Assembly: GCA_963422735.1 (NCBI GenBank)
Contig: OY730476.1
Coordinates: 3,712,001 to 3,776,000 of the forward strand
Direction of reading: 5' to 3'
From: Candidatus Latescibacterota bacterium
GTDB lineage: Bacteria; Latescibacterota; UBA2968; UBA8231
DNA length: 64,000 bases
The notes under the pieces were generated by a model, which worked only from the letters and a program-made list of their open reading frames with translations, had not been told where the DNA came from and searched no databases. The number at the start of each line of letters is the position of its first letter. The stretch's first letter is position 1. Below, in pieces: positions 50,343 to 58,239 of this stretch. Position numbers and translations under genes: made by a program.

Positions 50343-50560
50343 GAGCCGATCTGAAACCAATGCAGACCTTCCTACCGAGATTAAGCTTCCTTGGCGTCTA
50401 GTCCTCAATGCCCAAGGCCCCGACGACCTATTCACCGAACCCCCTCAGATTTCGACCAAAAACCCTAGGCAAAGGGCATTCGATGAGCACACCGTATCAA
50501 TATCCGAGCGATTTGACCAACGCACAATGGCAGCATTTTAGAGCGGATGTTGTTGCAGAA
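50343..50560 (+). mobile_element. IS5-family left-end remnant
   Basis: TTA|GAGCCGATCTGAAAC putative end; ATG 50483 MSTPYQYPSDLTNAQWQ, the typical IS5 transposase N-terminus; truncated. Confidence 0.65.
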
Positions 50561-50561
50561 A

Positions 50562-51719
50562 CTAACTCGCGTTCTGGCCCAAGCGGCGGTCTTCGGCGGC
50601 GAGCCACTCCGCATACGGGCGCGGCATGGGGCTGGGCAGGCCCATGCCGTGATCCTCGCGCCAGCGCAAGAGCGGGTGGTCGCGTTCTACTTGCGGCAGA
50701 TCCACGCGCCGGCCGCGCGCTCCCGACTCGAAAATCCCCATCAATATCTCCAGCACGTGGCGACCAGCCTCGCCCGAGCACTCGTGTGCACGGCCTTCGT
50801 CGAGCGCCTGCACGTACTCGTCGGCGAACTGATAGTCCTCCACAGAAGCCGGGCCCGCCGGGTCGTAGTGCTCGGGCACTAAGGGGGTGAGCGGCTGCCA
50901 CTCGGCTTGACCGGGGGCAAAGTGCGGCGTGGACAAAAACCACGGGGCACCGCTCTTCCAGTAGAGCCGGCCTTCGGTGCCGCAGATCTCGATCATATAG
51001 GCCGTTGAATCCACCTTGGGGAAGCGGTGCTGCAAGAGGGTGGCCGAAATCCCGCTCGCAAAGGCAAGGGCCGCGGTCACGTGCTCGCCGGCGATATAGC
51101 CCATGCCGCTCGGCGACGGCACGACATCCTCGGGAGTGATCGGGCAGCCATTGGTCAGGGCCACGGCTTGGACGCTCCGCACCGGCCCAGCCACTCCGAG
51201 CATGGCGTTGAGCGAATGCGTGGCGATGTTCATCAGGCCGTAGCCTCCGTAGTAGCCCTTGCCGCTGCCCTGCACATGACGCAAGTTGCCGATCCGGCCC
51301 TCGGCAATCGCTGCTTTGACTGCTTGCAGTGCGCCGCCACTGCGCCCTTGGTGATGCACGGCTACTTGCACCCCTTTCTCCACGGCTTTGGCCAAAACCG
51401 CGTCGGCCTCGGCCAAGGTCGTGCAGATCGGTTTTTCAATGTCGATGTGGACTCCTTGCTCCAGCACTCGCATGGCGAGCGGATAGTGGAACTCGGTGCC
51501 CGTGGGAATGGCGACGATGTTCGGGGCCTCGGCCTCGATCATCCGGTCGAGATCGTCATAGCGGGCCGCAACCCTTAGCTCGTCGCCGAGGGCCGCCAGC
51601 CGCTCGGGCACGAGGTCGCACAATGCCACGACCTTGGTGCGGGGATGCTGATGATACGCGCGGGCCGCAGCCGTGCCTCGGCTACGGCAGCCCAAAATGG
51701 CGACTCGGTATTGTTGCAT
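50562..51719 (-). CDS. Gfo/Idh/MocA oxidoreductase
   Basis: AILGC..RG, IEKP, HHQ.R; AGGAG RBS. Confidence 0.88.
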   Translation of the reverse strand: MQQYRVAILGCRSRGTAAARAYHQHPRTKVVALCDLVPERLAALGDELRVAARYDDLDRMIEAEAPNIVAIPTGTEFHYPLAMRVLEQGVHIDIEKPICTTLAEADAVLAKAVEKGVQVAVHHQGRSGGALQAVKAAIAEGRIGNLRHVQGSGKGYYGGYGLMNIATHSLNAMLGVAGPVRSVQAVALTNGCPITPEDVVPSPSGMGYIAGEHVTAALAFASGISATLLQHRFPKVDSTAYMIEICGTEGRLYWKSGAPWFLSTPHFAPGQAEWQPLTPLVPEHYDPAGPASVEDYQFADEYVQALDEGRAHECSGEAGRHVLEILMGIFESGARGRRVDLPQVERDHPLLRWREDHGMGLPSPMPRPYAEWLAAEDRRLGQNAS

Positions 51720-51738
51720 AGTGCAATCTCCTTTTGCG

Positions 51739-52413
51739 TCATTTGCCATCGGCTAGCTCGGCCTTTTTCCAATACGCAGCAAAGTGCTGGCGCAGCCACG
51801 TCAGCGGCGCAAAGCGCAGCGCATTAAAGCCTCCCCAAGACCAGCGCAGCGGCCACTCTCTCCGGCCGGTGAGCCGTTGGAATAACCGTTTGCGCGCCGC
51901 ACACGCCAGCTCCACCTCAGCGCTGAGCCGCGCCAATTCGCGCTCGTACGTCCCCTCGATGAGCATGCGGGCGTGCCGAGCGACCTTTTCCGGCTCCAGT
52001 ACCGCCACCCTCGGACACACCATGCCGGCCTCGTGCCGTACAAAAGCGCGAATTGGCGCCGATGGCAAATCGCCCTGATGCGCGAGGGCTTGGCGGGTGA
52101 TCGAGACCGGATTCATCGCCCCGTACGTGCGGCAAATCAGCGGGCGCACTGGATAGATGGTACAGCTATGGTCCGCGCCGAGAAAGGGACAGCGCCGCGG
52201 CCGCTCCTCAGTAAAGCTCAGCAACGCCTGGCGACGCTGAGGGGAAAAGTGCCGCTCCACATAGGCGACGATGTGGACGTATTCGGCCCGGTAGAGTGGG
52301 AACATGGTAGCGTAGTAGTTGTCGAACTCCTCGTCTGTGAGCGCACAGCAATCGCCCGTACCAGCGCATCGCGTCGCCGGAACTTGATCGTAGAGCACCT
52401 CTAGATCGCGCAT
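51739..52413 (-). CDS. YkgJ-family Cys-cluster (Zn/Fe-chelating) protein
   Basis: CAGTGDCC, CPFL, CTIYPVRPLICRTYG. Confidence 0.85.
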   Translation of the reverse strand: MRDLEVLYDQVPATRCAGTGDCCALTDEEFDNYYATMFPLYRAEYVHIVAYVERHFSPQRRQALLSFTEERPRRCPFLGADHSCTIYPVRPLICRTYGAMNPVSITRQALAHQGDLPSAPIRAFVRHEAGMVCPRVAVLEPEKVARHARMLIEGTYERELARLSAEVELACAARKRLFQRLTGRREWPLRWSWGGFNALRFAPLTWLRQHFAAYWKKAELADGK

Positions 52414-52426
52414 AACTCCTCCTATT

Positions 52427-52828
52427 GTAAGCTAGCGCATCCTTGCTATCAGCGCCGCGGCCCGCTGCCGTCCCGCCAATCGCCGTCCCGGATAAGCGGA
52501 TCCGCAAGGCCCGCCTTAATCAGCGCCGTCAACAAGTGAGAGAAACGATCATCTATAGTCTCAGATAGCTCGTCCATCTTTGACTCGAGACTGTCTTGAC
52601 GCTTGGCGAGTTCGTCCACCTTCGAGCCGAGACCATCAAGGCGCTCGTTGACTTGGGTAAATCCGGCCCGCATTTCTTTGGAGAGTTCTTCGAGTGTCAT
52701 AGCAGTAGCTCCCCTTGATTTGGTTGTCTCCCCACGAACTACAAAGTAAAATCGCCGCCCAAAACAACCCTGTCAAAGACGCCGTAAGCTAGCGCACCCT
52801 TGCTATCAGTGCCGCGGCCCGCTGCCGT
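52427..52828. repeat. 45-bp direct repeat pair (52427-52471, 52784-52828)
   Basis: GTAAGCTAGCGCA(T/C)CCTTGCTATCAG(C/T)GCCGCGGCCCGCTGCCGT; 2 mismatches. Confidence 0.9.
52449..52700 (-). CDS. Small coiled-coil hypothetical protein
   Basis: Heptads RLDGLGSKVDELAKRQDSLESKMDEL; GGGGAG RBS. Confidence 0.7.
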   Translation of the reverse strand: MTLEELSKEMRAGFTQVNERLDGLGSKVDELAKRQDSLESKMDELSETIDDRFSHLLTALIKAGLADPLIRDGDWRDGSGPRR

Positions 52829-54048
52829 ATCAGCGACTCGCTCGCCGGCGCGATCATCTGTACGCTCGGATAGAACTTGTAGGCTTGGTCGATCTCGTAG
52901 CCGCCGCGTGCGTATTCGTCGGCCGTGGGCACGTAGCCAATGCAGCCATTGGCAAAGCCGCACAAGACGGTCGGTCCATGCACAGCCTCCAAGTCGAGCT
53001 GGTAGCGGGCGAAAAGTTCGCCCTCCATGCCCAAGAGCACCAGCTCGCCGAGGGCCAACGCCTGCATCTCAAAGGGCTGCACCCGAGCGCACCCCACGCC
53101 AGCCCGCACCCATTTGCACATGGCCACAGCCCATTCGAGCTGTGCCTTGGGTGCCTCGCCGCCCCGCGCCAAGTGCGCCCGCAGGTGCCATTTGAGTTTT
53201 TCGGCCTCAGCGCGCCAGCGCGGCGGCAGGGGCCGCAGCGGCAAGTCCAACGGCTCGTGTGCATAGCGCAGTGCCGAGGTGTCTAAGAGCGTGGCCGCAG
53301 TCCGTCCTTCTAGCACGGCCTGCCCCAACTCCTCCCCCAAGCGCTCCACATCGGCAAACGAGCCGTTGGCGATCCGCGGATTGACGTCGCCGCAGGCCCC
53401 ATTTACAAACAAAGCCAACCCGCCGGTCGCCGCCTCAATGCAGCGGGCCGCTTCCCCGGGAAAGTCGCCACTGATCTGGTGGTTATCGCGGCCCAAGACC
53501 ACCGGATGGCAGGCGTAGCTAAAGAGCGTGGCCTCCGCCCCGCGCTCGGCGGCAAAGCGCAACACGTGCGCGTAGGGCACGACCTCGCCTTTGACGCTCT
53601 GCGGCCGGCGGTTGCGGCCTATCTGCACCCGGGGACGCGCATAGTACAAGCGGCCCGGTCGGCTGTCTGCGGCGGCAGCTGTCACCACCTCGGCCACGGC
53701 GTCCACGACCTGTTCCAAATAGAGGCTGTCGATGCAGTTCATGCCCCGGAAGGGGAAGATCAGCGGGCCGGAGTGGGTGTGGGAGGCACAGACCATGATG
53801 GCCGCGCCTTCGATGCCAGTGACGCGCCCTACCCGCTCCCGTATTGTCCTCACAACATCCGCGTCTAACCCCACCAAATCGACGGCGACAAGGGCGACGC
53901 GCGCCGACCCGCGGCCGCAGACGAGGGCCTTAGCCATGAGGCGGTCGCGGATGTACGTGGCCCCGGACCGCCTCCCCCAGTACCCGCCCATTGGGATGCC
54001 GACTGGCGGCGTGATGTCGGCGGCCGCCGCGCCAAAGTGCAAGGTCAC
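52789..54048 (-). CDS. Neutral/alkaline ceramidase N-terminal-domain protein
   Basis: DITPP.G..MGGY, ASHTHSGP, ACHP, GDFPG, GACGD, GYVP..GGYE. Confidence 0.8.
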   Translation of the reverse strand: MTLHFGAAAADITPPVGIPMGGYWGRRSGATYIRDRLMAKALVCGRGSARVALVAVDLVGLDADVVRTIRERVGRVTGIEGAAIMVCASHTHSGPLIFPFRGMNCIDSLYLEQVVDAVAEVVTAAAADSRPGRLYYARPRVQIGRNRRPQSVKGEVVPYAHVLRFAAERGAEATLFSYACHPVVLGRDNHQISGDFPGEAARCIEAATGGLALFVNGACGDVNPRIANGSFADVERLGEELGQAVLEGRTAATLLDTSALRYAHEPLDLPLRPLPPRWRAEAEKLKWHLRAHLARGGEAPKAQLEWAVAMCKWVRAGVGCARVQPFEMQALALGELVLLGMEGELFARYQLDLEAVHGPTVLCGFANGCIGYVPTADEYARGGYEIDQAYKFYPSVQMIAPASESLIRQRAAALIARVR

Positions 54049-54566
54049 TGCTGCGGCCCCTCTCTCCAGTTGGTGGGCAGGACGACGAGCGGGATGCCTA
54101 GGCCGCAGGCATTGTACAGAGCGCGTAAATCAGCGGCCCCAATCTGCAGGTCCATAGCACCTGAGCGGTGCCACGCCGGGCTGGCGTAGATCAGCAACCC
54201 GCTCGCGAAGTACAGGGCACTGGTGGCCGCGGCGTCGGCGACCAAATTCTGTTCCCAGTCGAAAGGGCTGGGCACCAAGCCGCGCCAAGGGTTGCTGGGT
54301 CGATAGCGCCGCAACCGGGCCTCAAGCGAGGATTGCACCAGCGGTCGCTCCCCAAGGGAGTCGGCCGCGAAGGGCACACGCCGCAAGAGCGCCTTCCCAT
54401 GCATCAGCTGCAGTTCCCCCGCGCCGCGATCCACCAGCAAGTACGGCACGTCCGTTTCTATGGCCTGCAACCAAGCCCGCAACGCGGCGTTGACATAGGC
54501 CAAGTCCTCAGCCGACGCCGCGCTCGCGCCCCATGCAAAGGCCCAAAACAACGCTAGGTGCTTCAT
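54045..54566 (-). CDS. Secreted degenerate YkuD-like protein
   Basis: PYLLVDR..ELQL and IGAADLRALY..G.PLVV resemble the adjacent YkuD; no catalytic H/C. Confidence 0.5.
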   Translation of the reverse strand: MKHLALFWAFAWGASAASAEDLAYVNAALRAWLQAIETDVPYLLVDRGAGELQLMHGKALLRRVPFAADSLGERPLVQSSLEARLRRYRPSNPWRGLVPSPFDWEQNLVADAAATSALYFASGLLIYASPAWHRSGAMDLQIGAADLRALYNACGLGIPLVVLPTNWREGPQQ

Positions 54567-55159
54567 CAGTAGATAAAGACCGGCCAGCCGATTTCGACGG
54601 CCTCGTAGAGGTACTCCAGATCCTCGTTGCCCACCCGTACGCAGCCGTGGGTGATGCTCTTGCCCAAGTTGATTTCAAAGAGCGTGCCGTGGATCATAAA
54701 ATCCTTGAGGAAGTACAATGCGTACGCGCCCAAGACCCCGCGCTGGAACCGCCTCGGGTCCTCGGCGAAAATGGGAATCTCTTCGTCGTTTTCGACGAAG
54801 AACCAAGTCGGCCGGATCCACAGGGGGTCAGCGACTTTGCGGCGGATGGCGAAGCGGCCCTTGGGAGTGTTGAAGGCCCAGCGATGCCACCGCTTGGCAC
54901 CTTCGAGTTTGCGGCCGCTGCCCGTTGCACAAACGGCTTGGCGCAACACCTGCTCCCTATCGCGGAGCAGGATTAGATTGTCTTGGGTGTTAATGACGAT
55001 GTAGGGAGTAGCTAAGTCGTAGCGCTCAATGGCTTGCACCAGTTGCTGGTGCTCTAACGAGAGCGCGGACGCAGACGCGGTGGGCGGCCCCCACAGCAAT
55101 AGCAAAAAAAACAAAGCGGCCGGGAGCAACTCCCGGCCGCCTGTGGTTGGGGCTTGCAA
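54566..55159 (-). CDS. L,D-transpeptidase (YkuD)
   Basis: TPKGRF, IHGT...G..THGCVR; start uncertain. Confidence 0.88.
   Translation of the reverse strand: MQAPTTGGRELLPAALFFLLLLWGPPTASASALSLEHQQLVQAIERYDLATPYIVINTQDNLILLRDREQVLRQAVCATGSGRKLEGAKRWHRWAFNTPKGRFAIRRKVADPLWIRPTWFFVENDEEIPIFAEDPRRFQRGVLGAYALYFLKDFMIHGTLFEINLGKSITHGCVRVGNEDLEYLYEAVEIGWPVFIY
55104..55140 (-). terminator. Intrinsic terminator overlapping the 5' coding region of the L,D-transpeptidase
   Basis: GCGGCCGGGAG-ttg-CTCCCGGCCGC followed by TTTGTTTTTTTT. Confidence 0.65.
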
Positions 55160-55169
55160 TGGCGCATGC

Positions 55170-55793
55170 TCAGATGCGCTCGTACCAAGGACGCATCTTC
55201 TCGACTAGTTCGTGGTATTTATCCACGGCCACCATCACGCCGTCGGCGATCTCGGTAGACTTCTGATCCGCGCTTTCGGCGAGGGACTCGGCCTCGGAGA
55301 AATTCTCGCTGTTTAGCGCGGCTTCGGCCGCGTCTAAATCGGCTTCGGCCGTGCTTAACTCAGCGCGCAATTCCTCAATATCGACTTCCGTGCCCTTGCC
55401 AGACGGTGCTTCCTCTAGGCTGGTATATGCGGCACTGACCGCATCGCGGGCGGCGGCAATCACTGCTTCAGCCGACTCCTTCTGGCGTTTCTTTTCGGCG
55501 CGCGCAGCCGACTCTGCCTGCATGGCTTTGCTCTTGGCATCGGCGATTTGCGATCGTGCCTGCTCAAAGTCCTTGAAGAGGAAAAAGCGCTCGGCTTCGG
55601 TGCTGGTCGTTGCTTCGGCTTCGCTGTACGCGCGCTGCGCGGCTGAGTACTCGCTGGCGGCAAAGCGCTCGGCGTCGATGTCCCGGGCCGCGTCGAGAGC
55701 TTGCTTGGCCGCGTCTAGCTCTGCTGTAGGGGGGTCGTCACAGCCCGCCAAAACCGCGGCGGCGACAAACAGCGATATTGCCCGCATTTTCAT
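55170..55793 (-). CDS. Ala-rich helical lipoprotein (DUF4398-like)
   Basis: Lipobox LAGC, PTAELDAAKQAL..A..AERFA. Confidence 0.7.
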   Translation of the reverse strand: MKMRAISLFVAAAVLAGCDDPPTAELDAAKQALDAARDIDAERFAASEYSAAQRAYSEAEATTSTEAERFFLFKDFEQARSQIADAKSKAMQAESAARAEKKRQKESAEAVIAAARDAVSAAYTSLEEAPSGKGTEVDIEELRAELSTAEADLDAAEAALNSENFSEAESLAESADQKSTEIADGVMVAVDKYHELVEKMRPWYERI

Positions 55794-55909
55794 GGTCCAC
55801 CTTCCTGAGTTTGAACGTTCTGTGCTTCCCTATAATCAGAGACAATCTAAAGGGAAGTACAGGGTATTGTCAAGCGCAAATCAGGGTGCGGCAGCGCGGC
55901 TTCGCTCCT

Positions 55910-56116
55910 TCAGAATTTCGCGTTTTCGTCGTCGTCGGGCGCAAAATCCTCGTCCTCTTCTCCGGGCACTTCGTAGATCCACCCGCAATTTGGACACAAG
56001 GGATATTCCGCATCCTCTCGGCGGGCTTGGCACTGGGGGCACCGCTGGCCAAAAGGCGACCAGTACTTCAGCACCACGGCGACCAGCAGCAACACGGCCA
56101 ACAAAGTGTAGAACAT
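55910..56116 (-). CDS. Small membrane-anchored zinc-ribbon protein
   Basis: TM helix, CPQC and CPNC, acidic tail; GGAGG RBS. Confidence 0.7.
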   Translation of the reverse strand: MFYTLLAVLLLVAVVLKYWSPFGQRCPQCQARREDAEYPLCPNCGWIYEVPGEEDEDFAPDDDENAKF

Positions 56117-56138
56117 CTGCGACCTCCTCCCCGGCTTC

Positions 56139-56987
56139 TTAGCGACCCTTCTTGGCGGCCTTGAGCTTGCGCAATTGGCGGCGGCGACCCCAGCGGCTGC
56201 GCTTGACGCGCTGGCCCAAGGGCGGCCGCAGTTGCCCGTCGGCGACCAGTTCGTCGAGCACTTGATTGAGTAAGTCTGGCTGATTGGTGATGATCCCTTG
56301 CACCCCCATCGTCGCCAAGTCGCGCATTGCAATATCCTCGTCAACGGTCCAAGCCCAGACCGCAATACCCCGCTTGCGCATCTCTTCGAGAAAAGGCGGG
56401 GTCAGTGCCGCGTACCACATCGCCAGTGCGTTGGCTCCCACTTGCAGCACTTGGCCTACGAGGCGGCGTGCGCGCACCCGCGAGGGCGTGGTCGGCAACT
56501 GGCCGACCAGCAGCGCCGTGGGCAGGGTCGGCGCAAGCAAATTGAGCCGCCGGACGGTCTGCGGATTGAACGCTTGCACCACGACGTGCTCAGCCGCATT
56601 CGCCGCCTCAATGACCTGCACGACGCGCTCGGCAATGCCATCGGCCTTGATCTCTATCAGCACGAGAGCTTGATTCCGCGCCAAGTCGAGCACGTCTTCG
56701 AGTAGGGGCACGCACTCGCCGGCGAAATCATCGCTAAACCAACAGCCAGCGTCGAATTGGCGCACTTCCTCGCCCAAGAGGTCGGCGACCAACCCAGTGC
56801 CATTGGTCGTCCGGTCAAGTGCCGCGTCGTGCAGCACCACGATCTGGCCGTCGCGGGTGGAGTGTATGTCGATTTCGAGAATATCGACGCCGATCTGGAG
56901 GGCCTTTTCGCAAGCGGCCAACGTATTCTCAGGTGCTAGCCCCGGACCGGATGCACCACGATGGGCAATGCGCAGGGGGGTGATCAT
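56139..56987 (-). CDS. Glycerophosphodiester phosphodiesterase
   Basis: AHRG, PENT, EIDIH, HD..LDRTTNG, IEIK, WTVD, GIITN. Confidence 0.9.
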   Translation of the reverse strand: MITPLRIAHRGASGPGLAPENTLAACEKALQIGVDILEIDIHSTRDGQIVVLHDAALDRTTNGTGLVADLLGEEVRQFDAGCWFSDDFAGECVPLLEDVLDLARNQALVLIEIKADGIAERVVQVIEAANAAEHVVVQAFNPQTVRRLNLLAPTLPTALLVGQLPTTPSRVRARRLVGQVLQVGANALAMWYAALTPPFLEEMRKRGIAVWAWTVDEDIAMRDLATMGVQGIITNQPDLLNQVLDELVADGQLRPPLGQRVKRSRWGRRRQLRKLKAAKKGR

Positions 56988-56988
56988 C

Positions 56989-58212
56989 TCAAGCGCCGAA
57001 TTTGTCGAGCCGACGCGCGTGGGCCAGCGCAAGGGCCATCAAGCTGGTTGCCGGCGCGATTCCGAGGCTACCGGCGCTGCAACCTCGCTCGGAAAATTCA
57101 TCCGCCGCGTCGGCCAAGGCCCATCGGCTGGCTATGACCGCGGGCACTGGGTGCCAACTGTGGCTGCACATAATCGAAGGAGTCGAGTGATCGCCGGTGA
57201 CGATGAGCACTTCGGGCTGCAGCGCGAGCAATCGCGGAATGTAGGTATCTACCTCCTCTAACAGCCGCACCTTCAAGTCGAAATCGCCGTCTTCACCCGC
57301 GCTGTCGGTCTTCTTTACGTGGATGTAGAAAAAGTCGTAGTCCGCGTAGCGGCTTTCTAACAAGGCGAACTCAGATTCGAGGTCCCAGCCGACCTCTTCG
57401 ACATCCATGCCCACGGCTCCGGCTACGCCGCGGTACATGGGATACCCGGCAATGCCCAGTGCTTTCAGCCCGTACGCCTCGTCCATTGGCACCATCTCTG
57501 GGTAGCGACCAAATCCTCGCAGCAACACCATATTGGCCGGATGCTCGTCAGCGAGCAAAGCGGCGGCTTGCTCTAGAAAGGCGCTGGCCACTGCAACGGT
57601 GCGCTCGGAACCTGACGCCAGTGCCGACAGGGGCTTGGGCGGCACGCCCGTCACCTGTGGATCCGAGTCCGAGACTTGGTCGCCCAAGCCCGCGCCGCGA
57701 AACACCACGCCGGCGCGGTACTCCATCTCGGCGGCTACCTGTACCTCCACCCCAGGCACTGCGACCGCTCTTAACACTTTGCAAAGCTGGCGGCCTTTTT
57801 CTGTAGGGATGCGGCCGGCACGGCGGTCGCACACCCGGCCCATAGCATCCACCGTGCAAAAATTGAGGCGCGCCGCCACGTCGCCGCGGGCGAAGTCCAG
57901 CCCCAAGCCGAGGGCCGAAAGAGCACCGCGACCGATTTGGCTCTGCCAAGGGTCGTAGCCAAAGAGGGCCAAATGGGCCGGGCCGCTGCCCGGGGTAAAG
58001 CCAGCCCCTAAAGGCGAAATCAGGCCGCAGGTGCCCCCCTTGGCCAGCGCGTCTAAGTTGGGCAATCGGGCCGTCTCCAGCTCGGATTTGCCAGTCGCAG
58101 GATGGGGCAATCCGCCCAAGCCATCGACGACCAACAGGACGATTTTGGCGTCGCTATCCCGGATGCACAACTCCTTGGTGTATTGGGAACTTATCACGTT
58201 CGCATGCTCCAA
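56989..58212 (-). CDS. apgM: 2,3-BPG-independent phosphoglycerate mutase (archaeal-type)
   Basis: DGLGG, PGSGPAHL, DRRAGRI, KKTDSAGEDG, TGDHSTP, HSWHPVP. Confidence 0.9.
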   Translation of the reverse strand: MEHANVISSQYTKELCIRDSDAKIVLLVVDGLGGLPHPATGKSELETARLPNLDALAKGGTCGLISPLGAGFTPGSGPAHLALFGYDPWQSQIGRGALSALGLGLDFARGDVAARLNFCTVDAMGRVCDRRAGRIPTEKGRQLCKVLRAVAVPGVEVQVAAEMEYRAGVVFRGAGLGDQVSDSDPQVTGVPPKPLSALASGSERTVAVASAFLEQAAALLADEHPANMVLLRGFGRYPEMVPMDEAYGLKALGIAGYPMYRGVAGAVGMDVEEVGWDLESEFALLESRYADYDFFYIHVKKTDSAGEDGDFDLKVRLLEEVDTYIPRLLALQPEVLIVTGDHSTPSIMCSHSWHPVPAVIASRWALADAADEFSERGCSAGSLGIAPATSLMALALAHARRLDKFGA

Positions 58213-58239
58213 TTCTGAAGAAAATCGCCCCTCTGTACC

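Noticed and set aside
47287-50346. 11-bp direct repeat TGCATTAGAGC at 47287 and 50336
   Set aside because: Repeated 11-mers are expected by chance in 64 kb, and no element is coherently bounded by them
52427-52828. Possible CRISPR array
   Set aside because: Only two repeats, 312 bp apart with a gene between them; no cas genes
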